Of a DNA stretch of 64,000 nt, positions 50,240 to 58,868 are shown piece after piece. Below the pieces are notes generated by a model, which was not told the origin of the DNA, ran no database searches, and saw only the letters and a list, made by a program, of their open reading frames with translations. A program made the position numbers and the translations under genes. This stretch comes from an uncultured Desulfospira sp. GTDB taxonomy: Bacteria; Desulfobacterota; Desulfobacteria; Desulfobacterales; Desulfobacteraceae. The stretch is taken from NCBI GenBank assembly GCA_963663165.1, contig OY760175.1:6624001-6688000 (forward strand), given 5' to 3'. Position 1 is the stretch's first letter. Every line of letters begins with the position of its first letter.

Positions 50240-50461
50240 ATGATGCAAATATCTTTACCCTTAAATAAAATGACGAAGGCGGAAAAAATCATGGTAATGA
50301 ACGAGATCTGGGATGACCTCGTTCGGAATTCAGAAGATATTCCATCACCGGAGTGGCATAAGGATATTTTATCCGCCCGTGCGGAACGTGTTAAAAATGG
50401 ACAAGCTCATTTTCAAGACTTTGATTCTGTGAAATCAGAACTGCGCTCCGAGTTCAAATGA
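50240..50461 (+). CDS. Addiction module antitoxin (TIGR02574-like)
   Basis: MT.AEKI..M..IWDDL...SPEWHKDIL..R pattern; ATGA overlap with the toxin remnant. Confidence 0.85.
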   Translation: MMQISLPLNKMTKAEKIMVMNEIWDDLVRNSEDIPSPEWHKDILSARAERVKNGQAHFQDFDSVKSELRSEFK

Positions 50462-50592
50462 AAATTCGAATTCTTGATGAAGCCAAAGCCGATTTGCGAG
50501 AAGGTGCCCAATTTTACGAAAGACAAAACCAAGGACTTGGAAGTTATTTTCTTGATACGATCCTTTCTGAAATAAATTCTTTAATTCTCTAG
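50458..50592 (+). pseudogene. Truncated RelE/ParE-family toxin
   Basis: MKIRILDEAKADLREGAQFYERQNQGLGSYFLDTILSEINSLIL*, only 44 aa. The N-terminal half of ParE-like toxins is recognisable; the C-terminal half is missing. Confidence 0.8.
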
Positions 50593-50761
50593 GCCGGAGG
50601 TCCTAAGTGGGATAGGACTCCCATCATTGAGGACGCTTCCCACACAGCTCGCCCTTCCTGCCAAGTACCCAGAGGGATCTCAAATCCGGTCTCCTGCTTC
50701 CGGCCCCCCGGTCTCCTTTTTACCAGTGTGCATAAAAATAGATTTATGATAAAGATATCCC

Positions 50762-53095
50762 ATGAAAAAGATATTGGCCATACTGGTCCTGGCGGGGGCC
50801 GCCTTTTTTTTCTATAAGTATTTCACCGGCTTTAATACCCTGGTTCTGGAACGGTTTGAAGGCCGGCTCTGGGAACTGCCCGCAAGGGTGTATGCCCGGC
50901 CCATGGAAATTTATCCGGGCATGGTGCTTAATGCCGACCGGTTTGAAAAAGAATTGCAACAGCTCGGGTACCGGCGTCTTAAAAAAAGCGACCAAACCGG
51001 GGGGCAGGGCACCTATACCCGGAACGGCAATTATTTTGAGCTTCATTGCCGGGAATTTGATTTCGGGGACGAGGTCCGGCCTGACCGGTGGGTGAGAATC
51101 AGCATAAAAGACAATATGGTCGAGGGCCTTCGGGGCATCAAGGCCTTTGAGAAAAAAGAGATGGAACGTCTGGACCCGGTCATCATCGGCGGGTTTTACC
51201 CCTCCTCCATGGAAGACCGGATTCTGGTATCCATGGATGATATTCCGTCTCTCTTAAAACAGACCATCGTGGCCGTGGAAGACCGCAATTTTTATTCCCA
51301 TTACGGCATTGACCCCAAGGGCGTCTTAAGGGCCATGGTGGCCAACATCAAGAACCGCCGCATGGCCCAGGGCGCATCCACCTTAACCCAGCAGCTGGCC
51401 AGGAATTTTTTCTTAACCCGGGAAAAGAGCCTGATCCGGAAGGTCAATGAAGCCTTTACCGCAGCGGCCTTAGAACTTCATTTTACCAAAGACCAGATCC
51501 TGGAGGCCTATATCAATGAGGTCTACCTGGGCCAGGACGGCAAACGGGCCATCCACGGGTTTGGCCTGGCCGCCGATTTTTATTTTGGCAAAGCCCTTTG
51601 TGATCTGAGTGTGCCTGAAGCCGCCCTGCTGGTGGGAATGCTCAAAGGGCCTTCCGCATACAACCCCAGAAAATCCCCTGACCGGGCCCTCGCCCGCCGG
51701 AACACGGTTTTAAAGTTGATGCAGGGCCAGGGCCTGATCCCCAAAGAGACTTTGGAAAAAAGTCTGTCAGCACCCTTGGGGGTAATTGACAAGCCCGCCC
51801 AGGGCGGAACGTATCCCTTTTACCTGGACCTGGTCAAACGGCGGCTTTTGTCGGAATACCGGGAAGATGACTTAAGAACCATGGGGCTTAGGATTTTCAC
51901 GGCCCTGGACCCCCAGGTCCAGCTGGCGGCCCAGGAAGCGGCCGCCGCCTTTTTAAAGAAAAAAGATAAAACCCTTGAAACCGGCATCGTGGTCACCAGC
52001 CTGGCCGGAAACGAAATCAAGGCCGTGGTCGGGGCAAGGCAGTTCCAGTACAACGGGTTTAACCGGGCCCTGGATTCCAAACGGCCCATCGGCTCCCTGG
52101 TCAAGCCGGCCGTGTTTCTGACGGCCCTGCTTCATCCTCAAACCTATACCCTGATTACGCCGTTAAGTGATGATCCCATAAAGATCAAAAATCCCGACGG
52201 CACTTTTTGGGAGCCCCAGAATTATGACCGGGAAAACCACGGGACATTAAAGCTTTACCAGGCCCTGGTTCACTCCTATAATGTCTCAACGGTTCGTTTA
52301 GGTCTGGATCTCGGTCTTGAGGCGGTGGCCGGCACCCTTGAAAAACTGGGCTGCCCGGTTAAAAAAACATTGCTGCCGTCCATGCTTTTGGGCAGTATTG
52401 AACTGTCGCCGGTTCAGGTGGCCCAGGTTTACCACACCCTGGCGTCGGGCGGGTTTTACACCCCGGCCAAGTCCATCCGGGCCGTGTACACCCAGGAGGG
52501 AGAGGCATTGAAGCGGTATCCCATGACCATTGAGCACCGGCTGGATTCCGGGGCGGTTTTTTTAGTCAATAAAATTCTCCAGGCCGTGGTGACCAATGGC
52601 ACGGGCAAATCCCTTGAACAGTGGGTCCCCAAATCCATGGGCTTAGCCGGCAAAACCGGCACCACAAATGATCTTCGGGACAGCTGGTTTGCCGGGTTTT
52701 CCGGGTCCCACACGGCCGTGGTCTGGGTGGGCCGGGACGACAACAAACCCGCCGGTCTGACCGGGGCTTCCGGGGCGCTCCAGGTGTTTGGCGCCCTGAT
52801 GGCCAAAATCGGGAACACCGCCTTAACCCTTCCGGTGCCGGAAAATATCGGGTGGGCGGTCATTGATCCTGAAACCGGGGCACGCACCGATAAAGACTGC
52901 CCCAATGCCATGGCCGTGCCGTTTGTGGCAGGATCAGAACCTGAAGATTATCAGTCCTGCCACGCGGTCCAGATAGTGCCGGAACAAACAAAACCCGTGC
53001 AGACACCCCGGCAAAAAGCCTCTCAAAAGGCTCAGCCCGGGAAAAAAGACAAGCCCCGGTATCTGATGGACTGGTTAAAGGAGATATTTAAATGA
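50762..53095 (+). CDS. mrcB: Penicillin-binding protein 1B
   Basis: UB2H-like region; EDRNF..H.G, GASTLTQQL and RKVNE (transglycosylase); SLVK, SYN and KTG (transpeptidase). Confidence 0.93.
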   Translation: MKKILAILVLAGAAFFFYKYFTGFNTLVLERFEGRLWELPARVYARPMEIYPGMVLNADRFEKELQQLGYRRLKKSDQTGGQGTYTRNGNYFELHCREFDFGDEVRPDRWVRISIKDNMVEGLRGIKAFEKKEMERLDPVIIGGFYPSSMEDRILVSMDDIPSLLKQTIVAVEDRNFYSHYGIDPKGVLRAMVANIKNRRMAQGASTLTQQLARNFFLTREKSLIRKVNEAFTAAALELHFTKDQILEAYINEVYLGQDGKRAIHGFGLAADFYFGKALCDLSVPEAALLVGMLKGPSAYNPRKSPDRALARRNTVLKLMQGQGLIPKETLEKSLSAPLGVIDKPAQGGTYPFYLDLVKRRLLSEYREDDLRTMGLRIFTALDPQVQLAAQEAAAAFLKKKDKTLETGIVVTSLAGNEIKAVVGARQFQYNGFNRALDSKRPIGSLVKPAVFLTALLHPQTYTLITPLSDDPIKIKNPDGTFWEPQNYDRENHGTLKLYQALVHSYNVSTVRLGLDLGLEAVAGTLEKLGCPVKKTLLPSMLLGSIELSPVQVAQVYHTLASGGFYTPAKSIRAVYTQEGEALKRYPMTIEHRLDSGAVFLVNKILQAVVTNGTGKSLEQWVPKSMGLAGKTGTTNDLRDSWFAGFSGSHTAVVWVGRDDNKPAGLTGASGALQVFGALMAKIGNTALTLPVPENIGWAVIDPETGARTDKDCPNAMAVPFVAGSEPEDYQSCHAVQIVPEQTKPVQTPRQKASQKAQPGKKDKPRYLMDWLKEIFK

Positions 53096-53679
53096 AATAC
53101 GGATTTTTTTCCAGGACGGCCTTTATCTTACCGGCCCTGTTTTTATTTGCCTGTGCCCAGCCCCGTCCGTCAAACGTGCCCAGGTCCTATATCCCACCGG
53201 ACAATATCCCCCGGATTGAAACGCCCGGCACCCCGTCAACACCTGAACCATCAGATTCTACCTCTCAAACTGCGGCACCTGAGGCGCCTTTAAAGTCCTC
53301 GGCACCGGATTCTTCCATGACGGTGGCATCCTATTTCCCCTCTGCGCCTGCGGTGGAAAAAAAACGGCCACAGGTTTTAAGATCAATGATTGACAGGGCC
53401 AACACCCAGATCAGACAAGGCCAGCCCGCCCAGGCTTTCCAGACCCTGGAGCGCGCCCTTTCCATAGACGGCCAGGACCCGTTGGTCTGGCATCTGATGG
53501 CCAAGGCCCAGCAGGATCAAGGCCAGTACGGACAGGCCAAGTCCCTGGCCGAAAAATCCAATACCCTGGCCGGGAGCGATTCATCTTTAAAGAAAAAAAA
53601 CTGGCAGATCATTGCCCAGGCCCTGGACAAACAGGGAAAGTTCCAAGAGGCTGAACAGGCAAGGCTCAGGGCCCGTTAA
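53092..53679 (+). CDS. TPR lipoprotein, LpoP-like PBP1B activator
   Basis: Lipobox LFAC, Pro/Ser-rich linker and C-terminal TPR (LERALSID...VWHLMA...AEKS); coupled to mrcB. Confidence 0.75.
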   Translation: MKYGFFSRTAFILPALFLFACAQPRPSNVPRSYIPPDNIPRIETPGTPSTPEPSDSTSQTAAPEAPLKSSAPDSSMTVASYFPSAPAVEKKRPQVLRSMIDRANTQIRQGQPAQAFQTLERALSIDGQDPLVWHLMAKAQQDQGQYGQAKSLAEKSNTLAGSDSSLKKKNWQIIAQALDKQGKFQEAEQARLRAR

Positions 53680-53712
53680 CCCATTAACATTAAATATTGA
53701 AGGGAGAGCATC

Positions 53713-53976
53713 ATGGGAAACATCAGTGAAATTGACATGCGCGTCATCAAGATCAAATTGATTGACGGGACCCAGATTAATGCTTCCATCAATCTGAACA
53801 GGGAACCGGGGTATGACCGGTTAAGCGATATTGTGGCCAGCAGCAGAGAACCGTTTTTAATCGTGTTCAACGGAACGTCTTACCATAAAGAATTTGACCA
53901 CCCCGTCCACCACGACACCCTGTTTGTGAACAAAGACCACATCTTATGGGCATCGCCGGACGATACCGCGAAATGA
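53713..53976 (+). CDS. Conserved hypothetical protein (DUF6812-like)
   Basis: 87 aa with an RBS; RLSD and LFVNKDHILW pattern seen in small deltaproteobacterial proteins. Confidence 0.65.
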   Translation: MGNISEIDMRVIKIKLIDGTQINASINLNREPGYDRLSDIVASSREPFLIVFNGTSYHKEFDHPVHHDTLFVNKDHILWASPDDTAK

Positions 53977-54059
53977 TCCCTGTGGGCCGATAACTATTGG
54001 ACAAATTTATATTTTTCCTTTAGGGTAGGCGTCAATTGTAATGAGGCATATGTTCATAC

Positions 54060-54215
54060 AGGGGCCTTTCAACGGTCCCTATCCTGGCCGGATACCGGCC
54101 CGGGGAGCTGTCTATCAGGCAATTTACAATGGTTAATGCCCGGTTTACCGGGAAAAATTTAAAAAAAATCCCGGAAGCCTCCGGGGCAACGGATACGGCA
54201 GGACAGCCGGTCCGA
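54060..54215 (+). promoter_or_regulatory. Highly structured 5' leader of slyD (candidate cis-regulatory RNA)
   Basis: At least five hairpins plus a closing GCTGTC/GACAGC stem, with mutually exclusive CCGG pairings close to the RBS. Confidence 0.4.
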
Positions 54216-54229
54216 AAAGGAAAATGCTT

Positions 54230-54754
54230 ATGACTGAAGCAATCAAATCAGGGGACACCATTGCAGTGGATTACACTGGCAAACTTGAAAACGGAGAAGT
54301 GTTTGATACATCCGAAGGCAGGGACCCCCTGGTATTTACGGTTGGATCGGGAATGCTGATCAAGGGCTTTGACGAGGCCGTCATCGGAATGAAAACCGGG
54401 GACTCCAAAACCGTTAACATTCCGCCGGAAATGGGGTACGGCCCCAGAGATGAAAATGCCATGGTGGAACTTCCCCGGAATCAGTTTCCCGATGATTTTC
54501 CCATGGCCGAAGGGCAGCAGCTCCAGCTTCAGGACCCCACCGGACGGCCTGTGCCGGCAAAGATCGTCAGCTTTACCGACGATACGGTAAAAATGGACGT
54601 CAATCATTTCCTGGCCGGCAAGACCCTGACCTTTGACATCACCATCGCAAAGACCGGCGTCACCCCGCCGGCCTCGAGCTGCGGCAGCTGCGGTACCAAT
54701 GACTGCTGCTCAAGCTGCTCAGGCGCCCCAGGCGGCTGCGGCACGGATTCATAA
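54230..54754 (+). CDS. slyD: FKBP-type peptidyl-prolyl isomerase (SlyD-like) with a Cys-rich tail
   Basis: VDYTGKLENGEVFDTS, LIKGF, YG and DVNHFLAGKTL motifs; tail SSCGSCGTNDCCSSCSGAPGGCG. Confidence 0.88.
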   Translation: MTEAIKSGDTIAVDYTGKLENGEVFDTSEGRDPLVFTVGSGMLIKGFDEAVIGMKTGDSKTVNIPPEMGYGPRDENAMVELPRNQFPDDFPMAEGQQLQLQDPTGRPVPAKIVSFTDDTVKMDVNHFLAGKTLTFDITIAKTGVTPPASSCGSCGTNDCCSSCSGAPGGCGTDS

Positions 54755-54773
54755 GCCGCTGCCCGGTCAATGT

Positions 54774-54868
54774 TTATATGAAAGTCTCACTAACAAGCTG
54801 AAAAGACTATCATTTTTCGTTATGGGCGGTGCTTGGTTGGATAACCAAGGCGGCCCGTGGCCGTTATA
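54774..54868 (+). repeat. Family-A two-hairpin repeat
   Basis: TTATATGAAAGTCTCACTAACAAGCTGAAAAGACT...GGGCGGTGCTTGGTTGGATAACCAAGGCGGCCCGTGGCCGTTATA. Confidence 0.9.
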
Positions 54869-54872
54869 TCAT

Positions 54873-54911
54873 AAGGCCCGGAATCCTTAACCAGGGTTCC
54901 GGGCTTTTTTT
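54873..54911 (+). terminator. Rho-independent terminator after slyD
   Basis: AAGGCCCGGAATCCT-TAACC-AGGGTTCCGGGCTTTTTTT. Confidence 0.85.
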
Positions 54912-54948
54912 ATTTCAAATAGTCCTGTTCAGGCATTGAAAGCGTGAA

Positions 54949-54982
54949 AATGAGCGAAGATGAGGCACTGCTGAACCGTTAC
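54949..54982 (-). repeat. Family-C half element
   Basis: AATGAGCGAAGATGAGGCACTGCTGAACCGTTAC is the reverse complement (2 mismatches in 34) of 57741-57774. Confidence 0.85.
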
Positions 54983-55183
54983 AACGCCTCTTTAACCGAC
55001 AAGCCTAAACCCAAATCGCCAGCTAAATTAATATGCTTTCCCTGGAACGTCACTGTCCTAGGAGTTGCCCCAGATTTTTCTTGCACGGCCCAGTCATAGC
55101 CGGTATAAGTTCACCATAAAAAAAACGAGTTGAACCGATCCGAAGCAAAATCCGGTTAACCTTTTTCAAAAGGGGTTGGACTT

Positions 55184-57715
55184 ATGCGAAAAACAAGTTT
55201 TATCCTTGTCTTTACGGTTGTCTTTCACCAGTTTCTGTTAATGGCGGCGTGGCCGTCAACCGGAGTGGTCCTGGTGGATTTCGGGCCGGCACAGGCGCAA
55301 AACAGCTTTGGCCTGCCGGGGTGGGACAGCGTTAAGACGGATATTTATACACTGAATGTGGATATCGGCCCCGGGGGAACATCCATATCAGTGGGAGATA
55401 ACGAAGCCTACAACTATCAGCAGGTCAGCGGCGGCGACCGGGCCTATGCCCAGGGAGATATCATCCGGGTCACCTGGTACAATGATTCAGCAGCAGAGGT
55501 CTCCTTTACCCCGAAAATCAGTTTCAATGATCCGGACAGGCCGATCAGTGGCGCTGAAGGGGACTGGTATGACATGGGAACCACGGTCGTCGGCCCCTAC
55601 GGAACCGCTTTCTCCGAGTACACGGTCACCGGGGGTTCCGCCGGGATTTACAGCCTGGTCAATGTAAACGTTAATTACCAGAACCATCAGGCTTTAATCT
55701 GCGATAAGATAGAGCTCATTTCTGCCCAGGACATGTTCCGTGTGACCGTGGAAAAGTCCGGTGACGGCAGCGGAATAGTGACCAGCGAACCGTCAGGCCT
55801 GGACTGCGGTGCCCTGTGCAGTGAAAGTTTTTTTCCAGGCCTGGTTGTTGAACTGGCGGCAAGCGCTTTTGAGGGATCCAAATTTTCCGGCTGGAGCGGG
55901 GATTGCAACGGGGATTGCAGCGGGGAACAGACCTGCCGCCTGATCCTGGATGATGATAAAACCATAAACGCCCAGTTTACCGGCGGCCTTCCCATTGCCG
56001 ATTTCCAGGTGGATCAGGCCATGGGCACCGCCCCGTTTACCGCCGTGTTCACGGACAATTCTTCCAACGACCCGGAAAGCCTGCAATGGGATTTCAACAA
56101 TGACGGCATCATTGACGCCACTGGGCAAAATCCCTTTTTTCAATACACTGAACCGGGTGTCTACACCGTTTCCCTGACTGCCGCCAATGCCCTGGGAAGC
56201 CATACAACAATCAAAAAATATTTGATAACTGTCATGGACCACGAAGGCGGCACCGTCTATGAAATCGGTCCTGAAAAGCCATACGATTCAACCCATGATG
56301 TGGCGCTGTGGCAGTTAACGGCAGGGGATGTGGTCCGGATATATGCCAAACCGGACCGGGAACCCTACAGGGAAAAATTTATTGCCGCCGGAACCGGAAC
56401 GTCCTCCAATCCCATCCGCATCATCGGCATCCCGGACGATGATGGGAACAAACCCGTTTTTTACGGTTATAATGCCGTGGACAATCCAAACTACGGCAAC
56501 TATTACTGGAATGAGGACCGCCAGGTCATCCTGATCGGGCAGTACGGTTCAAAATCCGCTGAGCATTTGATTCTGGAAGGCTTTGAGGTTCACGGCGCCG
56601 TTTATGGCGATTCCTACACCGACGATGCCGGCCAGGCCTGTTATTATGCTTCCAATGCCAGCGGTATCCGGGTGTCCGTAGGCACAGTGACCATCAAAGA
56701 TTGCGAAGTCCACGGCAATGAAAACGGTATTTTTTCTTCCAACACGGACAACCTGCTCATTGAAGGCTGCGCCGTTTATGACAACGGGGTCCATACCAGT
56801 TCCTATCTGCAGCACAACCTTTATCTTGGCGGCGGCGCCCAAAGCCTTGTCACGGTCCAGTATTGTCACATCAAAGATCTGTTGAACAGCGGGCAACAGG
56901 CCAAATTCAGGGCCGAAACCCTGATTTTCAGGTACAACTGGGTGGAAGGCGGCAAAAACAGCGTGCTTGATCTGGTGGAGGATGCCGGCAACGGTGTTTC
57001 CAATGCCTATGTTTATGGCAATATCCTCATCAAACCCGCCTATGCCGATAATGGCAGAATGATTCATTTTGGCGGAGATCAATATGATGCCGACCGGACC
57101 GGCACCCTGTTTTTTTTCAACAATACCTGCGTTGTGAAAACCACCAACCGGAATGTATATCTGTTTCAAATCACAGAAGACAGGGCCAATGTTATTGCGG
57201 ACAACAACATTTTTTATCAGCCCCCCCACATTCCCACCTCCCTTTATTTATATGATACCAGCCGGGAACCCAACCTTACCGGAGAAAACAACTGGGTGCC
57301 GGACGACACCCTTGGAACCAGCCTCTTATCTTCAAGCCTGTCCGGCGAGGACCCGGGATTTGAGGATGCCGGAAATGACGATTATCATCTGGCAGAAGAA
57401 TCCCCGGCAAAGGACATTGTTGAGGACTATACATTCCCGGACGCAATGGTGCCTGACCGGCAATACGTGATGCACCAGGCGTCTGAGCCCCGCCCTGATG
57501 ACGGCCGGCTGGATCTGGGGGCATATGAATCAGCGGGCTCGTCTTGTCCGGGGGATCTGGATCATAACGGCCGTGTAGATGCCTTTGATCTCATCCTGCT
57601 GGTGGCTGATTTCGGCAAAACCAGTGCCGTTGAAGATGTTGACGGTGACAACGATATGGATGGAAAGGATCTGTACCAGATGGCTGCCGGATTTAACCAG
57701 GCGTGTCCCCCCTGA
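55184..57715 (+). CDS. Secreted multidomain protein: InlB-B/bacterial repeat, PKD, right-handed beta-helix and C-terminal dockerin/EF-hand-like motif
   Basis: Signal peptide; G.G.VTS.P.G.DCG..C...F.GWSG.C repeat; PKD (ADF...FTD.S...WDF...YT.PG.YTV.LT); GNENGI/HNLY/FRYNW beta-helix; GDLDHNGRVDAFDL...DVDGDNDMDGKDL. Confidence 0.82.
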   Translation: MRKTSFILVFTVVFHQFLLMAAWPSTGVVLVDFGPAQAQNSFGLPGWDSVKTDIYTLNVDIGPGGTSISVGDNEAYNYQQVSGGDRAYAQGDIIRVTWYNDSAAEVSFTPKISFNDPDRPISGAEGDWYDMGTTVVGPYGTAFSEYTVTGGSAGIYSLVNVNVNYQNHQALICDKIELISAQDMFRVTVEKSGDGSGIVTSEPSGLDCGALCSESFFPGLVVELAASAFEGSKFSGWSGDCNGDCSGEQTCRLILDDDKTINAQFTGGLPIADFQVDQAMGTAPFTAVFTDNSSNDPESLQWDFNNDGIIDATGQNPFFQYTEPGVYTVSLTAANALGSHTTIKKYLITVMDHEGGTVYEIGPEKPYDSTHDVALWQLTAGDVVRIYAKPDREPYREKFIAAGTGTSSNPIRIIGIPDDDGNKPVFYGYNAVDNPNYGNYYWNEDRQVILIGQYGSKSAEHLILEGFEVHGAVYGDSYTDDAGQACYYASNASGIRVSVGTVTIKDCEVHGNENGIFSSNTDNLLIEGCAVYDNGVHTSSYLQHNLYLGGGAQSLVTVQYCHIKDLLNSGQQAKFRAETLIFRYNWVEGGKNSVLDLVEDAGNGVSNAYVYGNILIKPAYADNGRMIHFGGDQYDADRTGTLFFFNNTCVVKTTNRNVYLFQITEDRANVIADNNIFYQPPHIPTSLYLYDTSREPNLTGENNWVPDDTLGTSLLSSSLSGEDPGFEDAGNDDYHLAEESPAKDIVEDYTFPDAMVPDRQYVMHQASEPRPDDGRLDLGAYESAGSSCPGDLDHNGRVDAFDLILLVADFGKTSAVEDVDGDNDMDGKDLYQMAAGFNQACPP

Positions 57716-57740
57716 TACCGGACTTTTTTCTATGAAAATT

Positions 57741-57848
57741 GTAACTGTTCAGCAGTGCCCCATCTTCGCTCATTCAGGCCTTCTCACATAGCAAAAGTAT
57801 GCTACGAAGTCCTGACTAAACAAATATGAAGCACTGATGAACAGTTAC
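57741..57848 (+). repeat. Family-C palindromic element (108 bp), followed by an extra CTGAATAGTTAC end at 57881-57892
   Basis: Terminal inverted repeats GTAACTGTTCAGCAGTGC / GCACTGATGAACAGTTAC; core CTCACATA-N7-TATGCT resembles the family-B core. Confidence 0.82.
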
Positions 57849-57900
57849 GGACCCTGGTTTTGCTTAGTTTTCAGCATTAGCTGAATAGTTACTGAAAATT

Positions 57901-58428
57901 TTATATGAAAGTCTCACTAACATCCTGCGAAGACTTTCATTTTTTGTTGTGGACGATTCTTGGTTGGATAATCCAAGCCGTCCGTGACGGTTTTATATGA
58001 AAGTCTGACTAACTACCCGTAAAGACTTTCAATATTTGTTGTGGGCGGTGCTTGGTTGGATAACCAAGACGGCCCGTGGCCGTTATAAGAAACTGGAGAC
58101 AAGAAACAAGAGACAAGAGGGCGAAGCACCTGCGGTGCCCAATTTATAGTCTACCGTTGCTGGTATCTTCAGTTTCATTATTCGTTGTGGGCTTGTGGCC
58201 CGTGGCCGTTATATGAAAGACTCAGCAACCTTTTGAGTTCTTTCAATATTTGTTGTGGGCGGTTCTGGGTTGGATAACCAAGGCGGCCCGTGGCCGTTTA
58301 TAAGAAACTGGAGACAAGAAACAAGAGACAAGAGGGCGAAGTACCTGCGGTTCCCAATTTATAGTCTACCGTTGCTGGTATCTTCAGTTTCATTATTCGT
58401 TGTGGGCTTGTGGCCCATGGCAGTTATA
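57901..58428 (+). repeat. Tandem array of five family-A units (starts 57901, 57993, 58083, 58209, 58298)
   Basis: Each unit is TTATAW-GAAA-[stem-loop]-TTTCA-N6-GTTGT-GGRC-[stem-loop]-GYCC-RTGRC.G; units 3 and 5 are near-identical and 215 bp apart. Confidence 0.9.
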
Positions 58429-58467
58429 TAAATAATTGGATTCAATCTTTGTTAAATCGTACTGAAT

Positions 58468-58555
58468 TCATTTGGCGATTACGCTTTGGGCCTCTGAAAA
58501 AACTTCATTGGCTGGTATTCCAGGACGTAGCCCTTGCTGATATTCTTTATTTATT
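58468..58555 (-). pseudogene. 3' remnant of an addiction-module antitoxin
   Basis: ...INKEYQQGLRPGIPANEVFSEAQSVIAK* resembles the C-terminus of TIGR02574-type antitoxins; no 5' part seen. Confidence 0.45.
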
Positions 58556-58776
58556 CCTTGCATCATAAGCTGTTTGATAAGGGCGCATTCTCCTTGGGGT
58601 ATGATCATACCATCCTTGTCTCGGAAGAGGTGAGTGGGGCTACCGGTTTGAATGAACAGTTGCTGAAATTTCATGGCAAAAAATTAGCAAGGCCCATTCG
58701 TGATTCTTATAAGGTTTGCGAAGATTCTATTGCATGGCACAATAATGAAGTTTTATATGGGGATTTTCGTGAATAA
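58552..58776 (+). pseudogene. 3' remnant of an HNH restriction endonuclease (HNH_2 type)
   Basis: SLHHKLFDKGAFSL...ILVSE...FHG...WHNNEV matches the C-terminal part of HNH_2 endonucleases; the N-terminus and first HNH residues are absent. Confidence 0.7.
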
Positions 58777-58811
58777 CCATAAAACCATCCGGCAAAGCGA
58801 CTTCATCCAAA

Positions 58812-58868
58812 TACAGTCCAGATAAGGAACATTGCGAGGCTGATTTTAAAACCAAAAGGAAACGATGA
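58812..58868 (+). pseudogene. 3' remnant of a DUF4258-type toxin
   Basis: YSPDKEHCEADFKTKRKR* resembles the Y.PD...W..DF..RR tail of DUF4258 proteins; ATGA overlap with the YgiT-type gene. Confidence 0.55.

Noticed and set aside
50590..50592. Pyrrolysine or amber read-through of the ParE-like toxin
   Set aside because: The sequence beyond two codons after the TAG shows no toxin-like residues; truncation explains it better.
54165..54215. Canonical c-di-GMP-I or NiCo riboswitch
   Set aside because: Only short words match. The GGCAAA/GNRA/GACGCAAA P2 region and the NiCo P4 stem are missing, so it is kept only as an unassigned structured leader.
57901..58428. CRISPR array
   Set aside because: Units are 89-130 bp, the variable parts are self-complementary and recur elsewhere (units 3 and 5 are nearly identical), and no cas genes are present.
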